Part shown: one piece after another, positions 20,581-31,608 of the stretch
Layout of the letters: each line of letters opens with the position of its first letter
Position numbering within the stretch: position 1 is the stretch's first letter
NCBI GenBank assembly: GCA_963799775.1
Contig: CAWCYD010000002.1
Span: forward strand, 32,001 to 96,000
Reading direction: 5' to 3'
Source of the DNA: an uncultured archaeon
GTDB lineage: Archaea; Thermoproteota; Nitrososphaeria; Nitrososphaerales; Gagatemarchaeaceae
DNA length: 64,000 nt
Translations under genes and position numbers: made by a program
The notes under the pieces: model-generated
What the model was told of the DNA's origin: nothing
The model's input: the letters and a program-made list of their open reading frames with translations, nothing else
Databases searched by the model: none

Positions 20581-21408
20581 TCACACCGGCGGCGTAGGGT
20601 TGTTCTTTCTCAGGCCTGCGTACAGCCTGTCCACGTAGTCGAGGAACCCCTGATTCCTCTCCGAGCGGGGGCGTGGCAGATCTATCTTGACGCAGTCGGT
20701 TATGACGGCCGGCGACCCGTTCATTATGTAGACGCGGTCTGCGAGCTGGACCACCTCGTGCAGGTTGTGCGAGACGAGGATAGCCGATTTCAGCGAAGTC
20801 TCCGGGTTGAACACCAGCTCGTAGACCTCCTTCCTTATCTCGTCTGCGGTGAGCTCGTCGAGGTGGACGAACGGCTCGTCGAGGAGCAGCACGACAGGCT
20901 CCGCCGCCAGCGCTCGCGCTATCGCGACGCGCTGCCTCATCCCGCCGCTCATCTCCTTGGGATAGTGGTACTCGAACCCCCTCAGCCCGACCATCCCCAG
21001 CATCTTCATCGCCACGTTCGTCATCTCTCCTTCGCTCATGCCTGTGCCGATTAAGACGAGCTTGATGTTGTCGAGGGCCGTCATCCAGGGGAAGGTCGCG
21101 ATCGACTGGTGGACGAGAGATATCTTCGACGACGGCTTTGTCACCTCCTCCCCGTTCAGGAACACCTTTCCGGATGTAGGAGGGATCAGATGTGCGAGAC
21201 ATCTGAGCAAGGTGGACTTGCCGGTCCCTGTAGGCCCGACGAGAGCTATGAACTCGTCCTTGTGGGTTATCACGTTGATGTTCTGGAAGATTGGCTTCGA
21301 ATCCGGGTAGCTGAAGCTCAGGTCCCTTCCCTCGAGCACTATGTCTCCCGTCTCGACGGATGCCGATTGCACCGCAGGTTGTGAGTTCAACGTCTCACTC
21401 TGCTGCAT
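20581..21408 (-). CDS. NitT/TauT-family ABC transporter ATP-binding protein
   Basis: GPTGTGKST, MSGGMRQR, LLLDEPF, SHN. Confidence 0.92.
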   Translation of the reverse strand: MQQSETLNSQPAVQSASVETGDIVLEGRDLSFSYPDSKPIFQNINVITHKDEFIALVGPTGTGKSTLLRCLAHLIPPTSGKVFLNGEEVTKPSSKISLVHQSIATFPWMTALDNIKLVLIGTGMSEGEMTNVAMKMLGMVGLRGFEYHYPKEMSGGMRQRVAIARALAAEPVVLLLDEPFVHLDELTADEIRKEVYELVFNPETSLKSAILVSHNLHEVVQLADRVYIMNGSPAVITDCVKIDLPRPRSERNQGFLDYVDRLYAGLRKNNPTPPV

Positions 21409-21461
21409 CGCCGACGGCACAAGGATAATCTATATACACGTATCCCCTCCCCGGGGAGGGG

Positions 21462-21726
21462 ATGGCACAGCACAGGAGGAAGCAGGTGAGCCTGCGCATC
21501 AAGAGGATACATGGGCACGTCCACGCGATCACAGAGATGCTCGACGATGGACGCTCGTATCCCGAGATAGTGCACCAGATATCAGCAGTGAGGTCGGCGC
21601 TCGACGGAGTCATACAGGTGATAGTCGATGGACCTCGTCGAGGACTGCATCGCGTTGCAGAAGGGCGAAGAGCCGCTCGAGAAGACGCTCCACGAGCTCG
21701 AGGCGGTCGTGGAGAAGCTGCGCTGA
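21462..21726 (+). CDS. CsoR/RcnR-family metal-sensing repressor, frameshift near 21631
   Basis: RIKRIHGHVHAITEML...EIVHQISAVRSAL then DLVEDC; immediately upstream of a P1B ATPase. Confidence 0.8.
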
Positions 21727-23613
21727 ATGAAGCCAGAGGTCGGGCAAGCCAAGGAGCCCACGGAGAACGGCCCTGAAGAGGGCAATACCAACGCCGACTT
21801 GGTCAAGCTGGGGGTCATAGCCGTTGCGGCTCTGACCAGTGCGCTGGGGGTCTGGCGCCAGCTGCTCCCTATAGACGTCGTAGCCATCGCGGCGACCCTG
21901 CTCGGCGGGTACCCGGTCTACAAGGAGACCTTCCAGGCCCTCAGGCACGGCCACATCAACATGGAGGTCTCGATGACCGTCGCAATCCTCGCCTCTCTCC
22001 TAGTCGAGCAGTTCACTGTCGCCGTCGTGATAACGTTCTTCGTCCTCCTCTCCGAGTACATCGAGAACTACGCCGTCGACAAGGGAAGGCAGACGATCAC
22101 ACTCCTCGAACGTTCGGCACCCAAGCAGGCTCTGGTGAGGAGGGAAGGGAAGGAGGTCGAGGTGGACGTGTCCTCGTTGCAGCCCGGAGACATCGTCATC
22201 GTGAGGGACGGGGAGCGCGTGCCAGTGGACGGGACCATAGCGGTGGGCTCTGCTTTCCTCAACCAGGCCTCCATAACGGGAGAGTCGGCGAGGGTCGAGA
22301 AGACGGCCGGCGACCAGGTGTACGCGGGGAGCGTGGCCGAGTCGGGCCTCATCGAGGTGAGGACGGAGAAGGTGGGGACGGAGACAGTCTTCGGGAGGAT
22401 AATCAAGCTCGTCGAGGATGCGGAGAACAGAAAGGCCCCAGTCCAGAGGATTGCGGACAGGCTCGCCACATGGCTCGTCGAGTTCGCCATCGGGTTCTCC
22501 GCCCTCGCGCTGCTCGTCACAAGGAACACGACGACGGCCCTCTCAGTAGTGGTCGTGGCCGGCGCCTGCGGGGTTGCCGCTGGCACGCCGCTGGCCATAG
22601 TCGCGATAATGGGCAGGGCCGCGAAGAAAGGCACGATAGTCAAGGGAGGCGCCTACATCGAGGCGATGAGCAAGGTCGACACGGTGGTCATCGACAAGAC
22701 TGGGACGCTCACCTTCGGTGAGCCGACCGTGACCGCGGTTGTGGGGTTCGACGGCTATCCGGAGCGCAAGGTGTTGGAGTACGCGGCTATGGCGGAGAGA
22801 TACTCGAGCCATCCGTTGGCGAAGGCAATCGTGAAGAAGGCCACAGCCTCAGGAATCAAGCTCCCCGACTCTGGCTCCCCCGCACCTCCGAGCTACATAG
22901 CAGGGAAGGGGGCCATCTGTCAGTTCGACGGAGGGCAGATTCTCGTCGGCAACGACGCGCTGATGGCGGACAAGCTGGTCAGGCCACCCAACAACGACGA
23001 GCTCGCGAAGGCTCAGGGCGTCTCCGGCGGTGCGTCGACCGTGCTCGTCGCCTACCAAGACAGGTTGTGCGGGGTGATAGCCATCTCCGACGAGATTCGG
23101 AGCGAGAGCAAGAGGGCCATCGACCAGCTGAAGAGAATGGGCATACGGACCGTGATGCTGACGGGCGACAACAAGGTGGTCGCGCATCAGGTCGCTCAAC
23201 AGGTGGGGATAGACGAGGTCTACGCGGAGCTGCTCCCTGAGGACAAGGTCTCTATCGTGGAGAAGCTCGTGGCCGCTGGCCATAAGGTTGCGATGGTTGG
23301 AGACGGGATAAACGACGCCCCCGCACTGGCGAGGGCCGACGTTGGGATCGGGATGGGGGCCGGGACGGACGTGGCGATCGAGGAGGCGGACATCGTCCTG
23401 ATGACGAACGACCTCCAGAGGATCGCGGATGTCGCCAAGATGAGCAGGAAGGCCTACTCCACGATAATGCAGAACTTCTACGGGACCGTGGCGGTCGACG
23501 GCATCGGCGTAACCCTGGCTTTCCTGGGCCTGCTGAACCCGCTCCTGGCCGCCGGGATACACGTCACCTCGGAGCTGATCTTCATCCTCAACTCAGCCAG
23601 GCTCATCAGATAA
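21727..23613 (+). CDS. heavy-metal-translocating P1B-type ATPase
   Basis: TGES, DKTGTLT, SHPLA, MLTGDN, GDGINDAP; TM motif GACG instead of CPC. Confidence 0.93.
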   Translation: MKPEVGQAKEPTENGPEEGNTNADLVKLGVIAVAALTSALGVWRQLLPIDVVAIAATLLGGYPVYKETFQALRHGHINMEVSMTVAILASLLVEQFTVAVVITFFVLLSEYIENYAVDKGRQTITLLERSAPKQALVRREGKEVEVDVSSLQPGDIVIVRDGERVPVDGTIAVGSAFLNQASITGESARVEKTAGDQVYAGSVAESGLIEVRTEKVGTETVFGRIIKLVEDAENRKAPVQRIADRLATWLVEFAIGFSALALLVTRNTTTALSVVVVAGACGVAAGTPLAIVAIMGRAAKKGTIVKGGAYIEAMSKVDTVVIDKTGTLTFGEPTVTAVVGFDGYPERKVLEYAAMAERYSSHPLAKAIVKKATASGIKLPDSGSPAPPSYIAGKGAICQFDGGQILVGNDALMADKLVRPPNNDELAKAQGVSGGASTVLVAYQDRLCGVIAISDEIRSESKRAIDQLKRMGIRTVMLTGDNKVVAHQVAQQVGIDEVYAELLPEDKVSIVEKLVAAGHKVAMVGDGINDAPALARADVGIGMGAGTDVAIEEADIVLMTNDLQRIADVAKMSRKAYSTIMQNFYGTVAVDGIGVTLAFLGLLNPLLAAGIHVTSELIFILNSARLIR

Positions 23614-23744
23614 TGCTGGGGCAGGGGTCTCCGAGGCCGACCTGCCACGGAGACAAGGGCCAAGCGTGCGGTTAGAGGCAAGATGAATCTCAAATTCTCA
23701 AAGCTTATCGCTCTGAAACCACCCGAATGGCTCCCGAGGTTCTG

Positions 23745-23880
23745 ATGGCAGTAGAGTTCTTCCTCGCACTCTTCCTCATGCTCCTGGTCGCTAGGGTGTT
23801 CGGGGAGGTTCATCCATAGGGTGAAGCAGCCCGCGCTGGTCGGCGAGCTCTTCGCCGGAGTGCTCATAGGTCTCACGAGG
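23745..23880 (+). pseudogene. N-terminal fragment of a cation:proton antiporter (CPA2-like)
   Basis: MAVEFFLALFLMLLVARVFGE..RVKQPALVGELFAGVLIG; similarity ends abruptly. Confidence 0.55.
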
Positions 23881-23998
23881 ATAATGTCCCCGATCACCGC
23901 AAGGATCTCGATAGCCAGATAGCTGAAGCGCCAAGAGGGGCCGAAGGAAACAGAGGAGGCCAGCGAGCGCGCGGCCACGCCGAGAATTGTCTGAAGGT

Positions 23999-25092
23999 CT
24001 AGCCTGCTCTAGCCTCGTTCTCAAGGATCTGCAGCTTGCTCGGGTCTCCGAGGACCAGGAGTGTGTCTCCCTCCCGGAGCCTGAACGAGGGGTCGAAGAC
24101 GTCATGGAGCACCTCGTCGTTCCTGACCACGCCGATTATGACCGCGTGCTTCATTATCTCCTGCAACCCCTTCCCGATTAGAATTGATCCTTTGAAGATT
24201 GAGAACTCGGCGATTTCCTTCGTCCCTGTCTTCTCGGAGAACACTACGCCCACCAGGTCACTTTGTCACCGCGGAGAGGGCGAGGAGGTGGCCGACCGTG
24301 ACCGACTCGGGTATGACCACGTCTGCGCCGGCGTTCTTCGCGGTCTCCACGAGAGCTTCGTCGTGAACGACCGTGACGATCCTGATGTCGGGTCTGAGCT
24401 TCCTCGCGCTCAGGATGTACAGCATGTTCTCGGGGTCGCTGTTGTGCGCGACGACCACCATTCCTGCCCTGTCGATGCCCGCTTCCTTGAGGACGGAAGC
24501 CGGCCTGTTCTCCGCCTCTAGCACCACTAGCACCTTCTTGTTCAGGAGTTCCTGAAACAGGGCGGGGTCCCTTGTCGTGACCACGTAGTCTATCCCCAAC
24601 TCCTCGAGCTTCTCAGCCACATATCTGCCCATGTGGGTGTAACCGAAGATTATCACGTGGGATTTCAGCCGCCCTACGAGCCTCTTCTCCGCCTCGCCCT
24701 TCGCAAGCGACGAGTTGACGGCTGTGTTGACCGCGCTCTGCAGGATTGACGCGCCGGCCCCGACGGACACGACTATCATCACCACGAGGAGGCCCGCCTC
24801 GGTCCTGTTGATCGTCATGAAGTTGCCCCCGTTCGGGACGTAGAGGCCTATCGTCGTGATCGTGGAGACGGAGGCCAAGAACGCGGAGAGGACGGGGAGG
24901 CTCTCGTAGTAGTGGAAGATTACCGCGCCCGAGACGAACATCACAAAGAGGACGATCACCTGTCGGTAGATCGCCTTGCCCAGCGCTATCGGCCCGTATC
25001 AGGGCCTCATACAGGAGGAAACTGAACTTCCTGCTCTCCCTCTTGGTCGTCGACTTGCCGGCCCGGAAAAAGATGGGGTCGGAGGAGCTCAC
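23999..25092 (-). CDS. TrkA/RCK-domain potassium channel protein, frameshifts ~24995 and ~24258
   Basis: STITTIGLY pore-like motif, HVIIFGYTHMG TrkA-N, AGADVVIP, TrkA-C (LREGDTLLVLG). Confidence 0.8.
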
Positions 25093-25195
25093 AAAGGAAA
25101 ACGACAGGCTCACGTAGTTTTTACGCGTTTCGAAGATTCGGTGGCGGGTCCGAAGGCGGATTCCGCAATTATATCTCTCCCGTCGAGGGGGATGC

Positions 25196-26479
25196 GTGTC
25201 AACGCAGGGAGAGGCGTCGCGAGACACGAACCTCCGCCCGCAGCTGAGGTTCTTCGATACCATCGCCACTGGCCTCGCAGCCATCCTTGGCGCGGGCATC
25301 TTCTCCGTCATCGCCCCCGCCGCGAAGATCGCCGGGCCCGCCCTCCTCATCTCGTTTCTCATCGGGGCCTTCGTCGCGCTGTGCAACGCGCTCTCCTCCA
25401 CCCAGCTGGCCGCGATTTTTCCGAGGGCCGGCGGGACTTACACCTTCGGAAGGAAGATGCTCGGCCCCTGGTGGGGCTTCTCCGCAGGATGGATGTTCCT
25501 CGTCGCGAACACGGTCGGGCCCGGGGCGATAGCCCTGGCCTTCGGCGGGTACCTGAACGCGGTGGTGGGCGAAGTCCCCGCCCGCGCCGCGGCGGTGATG
25601 GCAGCCCTTGCGATGACAGCCGTCAACGCCGCTGGGATACGCCGGTCGGTCCGCGTCACAGACGTTGTCGTCGTCCTCTCGGTCCTTTCGCTGCTCGCGG
25701 TGGTAGTCATTTGCCTTCCCAGCGCGAAGGTCTCGAACCTCTCACCATTCGCCCCCGGAGGGATACCAGGGATACTCCAGGCCACGGGCCTGCTCTTCTT
25801 CGCGTACACCGGCTACAGCCGGATTGCGACACTGGTCGAGGAGGTGCACGACCCCAAGAAGACCATCCCCCGCGCCACGCTGATAGCCCTGGGGACGGCG
25901 ACCCTGCTCTATCTGCTTGTTGCCACCACGGTGCTCGCCGTCTTGGGACCGCAGAGGGTCGCCGCCTCCTCCTCTCCGCTCGAGCAGGCTACGGTCGCGG
26001 TAGGCAGCGGCATCGGCGTGGCGATAGTCGCGGCAGGAGCCCTCTTGACGACCTTCAACGAGGGCCTCTCCGACCTCCTCGGCGTCTCTCGTGTCGCCTT
26101 CGCGATGGGCCGTGATTCAGACTTGCCATCGGGCCTTACACGGCTGGGCTCGGGCCAGAACCCCTGGCGCAGCGTGGTCTTCGTCGGGGTCATCTCAATC
26201 TTGGTCGCGGCCTTCGCCCCCTTCTACGTGGCCGTCGCGGTGTCCAGCTTCGGCACCCTCCTGTATTACGTGGTGGCGAACCTATCGGCGCTGCGGCTCG
26301 AAAGGGGACAGCGTATGTTCCCGAGGGCGCTCGCCGCGGCTGGTCTGTTGGGCTGCCTGGCCCTCGCCTTCAGCCTGGCCCCGCAAGAGATCGCAATCGG
26401 CCTTGCGATCCTTCTCGTGGGCCTGGGCTTCCGGACCCTTCGACTCCGGCTCGCCGGTCCCCACGAGCCCCACGGATAA
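25196..26479 (+). CDS. APC-family amino acid permease
   Basis: AAILGAGIF, PRAGGTY, FFAYTGYSRIATLVEEVHDPKKTIPRA. Confidence 0.9.
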   Translation: MSTQGEASRDTNLRPQLRFFDTIATGLAAILGAGIFSVIAPAAKIAGPALLISFLIGAFVALCNALSSTQLAAIFPRAGGTYTFGRKMLGPWWGFSAGWMFLVANTVGPGAIALAFGGYLNAVVGEVPARAAAVMAALAMTAVNAAGIRRSVRVTDVVVVLSVLSLLAVVVICLPSAKVSNLSPFAPGGIPGILQATGLLFFAYTGYSRIATLVEEVHDPKKTIPRATLIALGTATLLYLLVATTVLAVLGPQRVAASSSPLEQATVAVGSGIGVAIVAAGALLTTFNEGLSDLLGVSRVAFAMGRDSDLPSGLTRLGSGQNPWRSVVFVGVISILVAAFAPFYVAVAVSSFGTLLYYVVANLSALRLERGQRMFPRALAAAGLLGCLALAFSLAPQEIAIGLAILLVGLGFRTLRLRLAGPHEPHG

Positions 26480-26499
26480 TTAGACCGAGGCCCGGAGGG

Positions 26500-26938
26500 A
26501 TGGCGATGATCACAGGAATCGGGTCCGTCGCTGTCCTCGTGAACGACGCGAAGAGATCGGCGGAATGGTATAGGGACAAGCTCGGATTCGAGGTCGTCTC
26601 GGCTGAGGGACACGCGGTGTTCGTCAGTGCCCCAGGCTCCGACTCCTTGCTTCACCTGTGCGGGAGGTGCAACGACTGGGGCGATGATACACCGGGTGGA
26701 AGGACAGGATCTGGCTGAGCTCACGAGACGTCATCATGAGAAGGGACGAGAAGACCGGATCGTTGCTGCCCCCGAGCAGCCCAGAGAAGGTCGAGGAGAC
26801 CTATCGAGAGCTGAAAAGGAGAGGAGTGGAGTTCACCCAGGAGCTCATGACCACGAGCTGGGGCAACGCGGCCATGATCAGGGACATCGACGGGAACGAG
26901 TTCGAGATTTCCTGGCCCGTAGTCAGATCTTCATGTAG
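26500..26938 (+). CDS. VOC/glyoxalase-family protein, frameshift near 26715
   Basis: VAVLVNDAKRSAEWYRDKLGF ... VEETYRELKRRGVEF...WG...DIDGNEF. Confidence 0.75.
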
Positions 26939-27178
26939 AAGTTCTCTGGGTGATCCAGCGTGTGGTCTCTCTTCTTGTGGGTCGTCCCGCAGCGCCTGAG
27001 ATGTCTAGAGTATCTTTGGGCACTGATCATCTTTCCACACTTGGGGCAAGTAGGCAAGTTGTCCGGTGGTCGCCTGCAAGGACTTACCGCCACCGGGGAT
27101 ATAATTGCCTATCCTTGCGGGCAACCCTTAGCTCCGGCTCGCGTGGCTTACCGGGCCGAGATCCAGGGGAATGAACCC

Positions 27179-28356
27179 CTAGACCCCGCCGCAGCCGTTG
27201 GTGCACGTGTACCAGGCGTCCACGTATCCCCCGTTGGCCACCACAGCTAGAGGCCGGGTGGTGCTGCCAGTCGCCCATTGGCTAAAGAGCACATCGTGCG
27301 TGGACCCGTGACACTGGTCACAGTCTGACGGATAGACGTAGTATGTCGCCGACGGGCTCAGCCCAGAGAACACGAGCCCGTTCTCGTTGGAGAAGCCCGT
27401 GGCCACCTCGTTGCCCGACCCGTCATACAGAACCACCCACATCGACGCCCCTGGTCCTGTGCATGACGTATCGCATGAGGCCTGTGGGTTGGTGCACGTA
27501 GTCGCGAAGCATGGGGCCCAGTAGCTCGCGGAGGTGCCTGTGGTCGTAGATGGTTATCGTCCCTGGCCCTGCTCCACCCTCGCCCGAGACAGTCCCGCCA
27601 CTACCACCCCCCCCTCCGGTCCCTCCGCCACCTCCCGATGGGCCCTCCGCAGTTGTATACCGCGGTGAACGTCATCGACCCGCTGGCCGAGAACCCTCTT
27701 GGGTCGCTGGTCACGCCGTCGGACCACTTTGCGAAGGAGCAGCTGCCGTAGTTGTCCACCTGGATGCTGTAAGACAGCCCCGACGTGGTGCTGAAGGTCG
27801 CCGGCGTGAAGCCGTTCGAGACCTCGTTCCCGCTCGAGTCGTAGAGGACTGTGTAGTACCCCGAGATGGAGTTCCCGCTAGTGTCCTGAGAGTTCACGAC
27901 GACCGATGATGCGCCGCCTCCGCTGCTTCCCCCTCCCGTCCCTCCGCCGCCACCACCGCCACCGCTGCTGCCGCCGCAGTTGTAGACCGCCGTTATCTGG
28001 GTGTCGCTGCTTATGGAGATCTGTCTAGACGCGCTCGTGCTGCCCGTGTCCGACCAGTTAGCGAAATTGCAGCTGCCGTAGTTGTCCACTTGGACGACGT
28101 ATATGGCCCCGTCATCCAGCGCGAACGAGGCCGGCGTGAAGCCGGTCGAGACCTCGTTCTGACCTTGATAGAGTACTGTGTAGTAACCCGAGATCGTCGA
28201 GCCAGACGTGTTCTGGCTGGCCACAACCAGGCTCGACTGGCTTTGAGCGTGCACGGCCGCCAATGGGAAAGCGAAAGCAAATCCCAAGAGCGCGGCCATG
28301 ACGACTAGTCCGGCGCTCCGATCCCGAACGGACAAGAACCTTCCGGATAGTTTCAT
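27179..28356 (-). CDS. secreted protein with repeated beta-sandwich-like domains and Gly linkers, frameshift near 27640
   Basis: Signal peptide; two near-identical GYYTVLY..TGFTP..VDNYGSC.F..WSD..TAVYNC units plus a third variant (27179-27442). Confidence 0.7.
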
Positions 28357-28468
28357 CTTCACAAAACACCAGTCTGCTGAAAGACTCCGTATTGATGTCG
28401 GTATGCGGAGACGGCTACGTAGGGTGCTTCTGAACCCTTGCGACTAGACCTTTGACCATGGGATGGAG

Positions 28469-29463
28469 TCAGAAGAATGCAGGAACGAAAGACACCAGTC
28501 CTATCAGCAACTGGAGCGCGATCGCCTTCTTCACAGGGACGTTGTTTCTCCTCAGCATCAAGAGTGCCAGCAGGTTGGCGAAGGACGAGATGGGGTCTAT
28601 GTTCCCTGCCAGACCGGCGTCGACCGCAAGGACTGGGGCTGCCTGGGAGGTCGGGTGTGACACGCTGAGGACGAGCTGCGTCGCCGGGACGTTGCTTATC
28701 GCCGCCGAGACGACCCCGAAGAAACTGGCGGTGGCCGGCTGCGAACCCGCGGCGACAGGGGCCACGTAGGGGAGGACGACCGGCTCGATGAAGGCGCCGA
28801 GAAGTCCCACCAGGCCGACAAGCAAGAAGAGGATAGCCAGGCTCCTCAGGTTGAACTCTCTTGCGACCCGTCGCAGAGACCTGAACGTGAAGGCGAACCC
28901 GAGGACGAACGCCGCGAGGAGGGCGATTACGCTGGGGACCCTCTCGAAGCTTAGGAAGAAGACGAGGGCCGCCGAGCCGGCTAGATAGACCGCCGGAGCC
29001 AGGGGCCCTCGCGAAGGTCTCGGCGCTGCTATTTCGGTCCGCCTCGCTCGGAACATGAGGAGCAACAGACCGGAAGCCACGTGCCGGCTACGAACTCTAC
29101 CGCCGAGATCCCGGATTCCTGCCACAGGAGGATGTTCTGCGGATTGCCCAGCGGCGTGAGGGAGCTCGCGATGTTGGTGAACGTGATCTCCGCCACCACG
29201 AACGGCGCGACGTCCGAACCGGTCTGCTTGGAGTAAGAGACGAGGACGGGCGTAAGTATGAGGACCAGGACGTCGTTGAGAACGAACGGCGAGAAGACCG
29301 CTGTCACGACCACGACCGCGTACATAACGCCCAGCCGGCCCTCTAGCGCGGAGATGAGCCCCCGCAGGAAAGAATACCCGTCCGCTGCCCTGAACTGGGC
29401 CGCTATGCCGAAGAGCAAGGCCAGAGACACGAAGATCGAGTAGTCGAGTGTCAGGATTCTCAG
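28469..29463 (-). CDS. ArsB/NhaD (SLC13-like) permease, frameshift near 29065
   Basis: FSPFVLNDVLVLILTP, NIASSLTPLGNPQNIL, SAAISNVPA, GNIDPISSFANL. Confidence 0.8.
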
Positions 29464-29541
29464 CCGCCGGGCGCGGCAGGGTGCCGAGCACCTTTAGATG
29501 AACCTGCTACTCTTTCGACGACCGCCCGCTAGGCCGAAGAG

Positions 29542-29739
29542 CTACTCTTGGGTTGCCTGGGGGAGCCCGAGCACCGGGTCCCAGCACGTGCAGACCCATG
29601 TGTGCCTTCCGCAGCCGACGCAGATCGCCTTCACCACCGACGAGTTCCTCTCGGTCATATCGGGTGCCCAAGATGCCCTACCGCACTTCGTGCATATGCC
29701 AGCAGAGAACTTTGAGAAGCCCAGTGTGGTAAGCGACAT
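29542..29739 (-). CDS. small Cys-rich protein
   Basis: CTKCG...CVGCG-x4-CTC. Confidence 0.5.
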   Translation of the reverse strand: MSLTTLGFSKFSAGICTKCGRASWAPDMTERNSSVVKAICVGCGRHTWVCTCWDPVLGLPQATQE

Positions 29740-29823
29740 CCGAACGTTTCGTGACGTGCACTCTATAGTAAGTGATGCAACAATCTTCTATCTAAGGAGA
29801 GCCGCCCGTTGACCGCCTGCCCG

Positions 29824-30561
29824 TCACGCAGGCGCGGCCCCGATGAAATGGCCTATCAGGAATCCCGCGAGGCCCGCCGCGAGGCCGATGACCGTCATCT
29901 GGAGGCCGCTCCTCCATATCGAGCCGACTGTCGTCTTGGCCTCATAGTAGCCGATGACGAAGAGGAACGCCCCGCTTATCGCGACGGACCCGACCGCCGA
30001 TGCCTGGATGTTCTGGCCCCATAGCGCGTAGGGTATCAGGGGCATTATCGAGCCGAAGACCGTCGAACCGAGCACGACAAGGAAGCTCCTGAAGGGCTCC
30101 GACTCGCCGACCTCCTCCATGTGGAGCTCGTGGGCCATCATGAACTCGAGCCAGGCCTTTGGCTTCTCAGCGATCAAGTCGGTGGCTCGCTCCAGGTCAT
30201 CCCCGGTGTAGCCCCACCTCCGAAAGACATCCCTGACCTCTTCTCTCTCTTGCTGAGGGACCTCTTTCATCTCCGTCCTCTCTCGCCCCACCTCTTTCAG
30301 GTACTGTTTCCTTCTGGCCAGGGTGGACGTGTAGGCGACGGCCCCCATCGAGATGGACTCCGCTCCGAGCGCAGCAAGGGCGGCGACGAAGATGAGCCTT
30401 AGATCGCTTGTCGCGGCACTCAGCCCCAGAAGGATCCCGAGAACGTTGACCAGGCCGTCTTGGCTCCCCAGGATGAAGTTCGAAAGGACGTTGGTCCTGG
30501 CGTGCTGCTCTGGAGAGGTCTCGTGCTCTTGCTTCCTTCGCTCTCCGAGGGGATACGACAT
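29824..30561 (-). CDS. VIT1/CCC1-family Fe/Mn transporter
   Basis: ILGSQDGLV, AESISMGAVAY, EREEV, FMMAHEL. Confidence 0.9.
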   Translation of the reverse strand: MSYPLGERRKQEHETSPEQHARTNVLSNFILGSQDGLVNVLGILLGLSAATSDLRLIFVAALAALGAESISMGAVAYTSTLARRKQYLKEVGRERTEMKEVPQQEREEVRDVFRRWGYTGDDLERATDLIAEKPKAWLEFMMAHELHMEEVGESEPFRSFLVVLGSTVFGSIMPLIPYALWGQNIQASAVGSVAISGAFLFVIGYYEAKTTVGSIWRSGLQMTVIGLAAGLAGFLIGHFIGAAPA

Positions 30562-30679
30562 CAGCAGAGACGCGGAGCCTGCCTCTTACATAAACTGGAT
30601 TGGCTCCTCCAACAGTTATGCTCCATAACATTTTTCGCAAACCCGTAACTAAGCCCCGCGAAATAGTCGGTCGATAGCG

Positions 30680-30946
30680 ATGGCAAGGCAAAGCAACAAG
30701 ACGGTGACAGTTCCTGACCAGGGTAAGGCTTCGAAGACCCTGAGCGACGCCGCTGAGAGCCTCAAGGAGAGCGTGGAAAAGGCAACGAAGAGCGTTCGGT
30801 CGGGTGTCGAAAAGGGAAGGATTGCGGTGAAGGAGCACCCCAAGGCAGCCTTGGGCGTCGCCCTGGGGGCGAGCTTTGCAGCAGGCGCGATCGCCGGCGC
30901 AGCATTCCGGAACAGTGCGAAGAAGTCGCGAGCTAAGCCAGCCTGA
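30680..30946 (+). CDS. small membrane-anchored protein (DUF883/YqjD-like architecture)
   Basis: Charged helical N-terminus then VKEHPKAALGVALGA. Confidence 0.6.
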   Translation: MARQSNKTVTVPDQGKASKTLSDAAESLKESVEKATKSVRSGVEKGRIAVKEHPKAALGVALGASFAAGAIAGAAFRNSAKKSRAKPA

Positions 30947-31062
30947 GCCGGCCTTGGCTCCATCCCCCGTCTCTTAGCCTCAAGTATCTTCTATCTCCAG
31001 ACCACCTAAGAAAGTATCGTCAGCGACTTAACTTTGGGCGAGCACCTTCAGTCCGAAAGACA

Positions 31063-31413
31063 ATGAGTTCTGAAGATACGGAGGAGAGGAAACAATACGT
31101 CCAGCAGAGTCCCAACAGCCCGGGTACTGTGGTGGTCGAGCAACCAGCTCGGACAGCACCCGTCGCCGCTCCAGCGCAGGTCATACAAAACGTCCCAGCT
31201 AGTCAGAAGACCGTAGTGAGCCATAGGACGACGAACACTGGCGCACTCATCGCTATGGCCGTGGGCATCGTGGTGCTCTTGGCCGGAATAGGTTTGATCG
31301 CATCCCAGGTCAGATTCCTGCCATACCCATACTCGCTGATCGTGATACTAGGGTTCGGCCTGATCCTGCTTCTGGCCGGCCTCTCGATGATCGACAGAGG
31401 CAGCGAACCATAA
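31063..31413 (+). CDS. small two-TM membrane protein
   Basis: Two C-terminal hydrophobic helices. Confidence 0.6.
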   Translation: MSSEDTEERKQYVQQSPNSPGTVVVEQPARTAPVAAPAQVIQNVPASQKTVVSHRTTNTGALIAMAVGIVVLLAGIGLIASQVRFLPYPYSLIVILGFGLILLLAGLSMIDRGSEP

Positions 31414-31608
31414 CCGCCGGATCGACCTTTCCGACACACCGAGCCACCGATAGACACGGGTAGCCCCACTGTGGGTTCTGGATGGATCGGAGGGTACATA
31501 ACGTGCGCGCTCGGGCAATGCCTTGAGTGGGAAGGCCCGAGGGCCGCGGTCCTCTGGTCTAGGAAGAATGTCACAAATTCATTTTAGAGACGAGCAGATG
31601 CGGTCATC

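Noticed and set aside
27590-27980. CCG/CCT-rich tracts
   Set aside because: Encode poly-Gly linkers on the minus strand.
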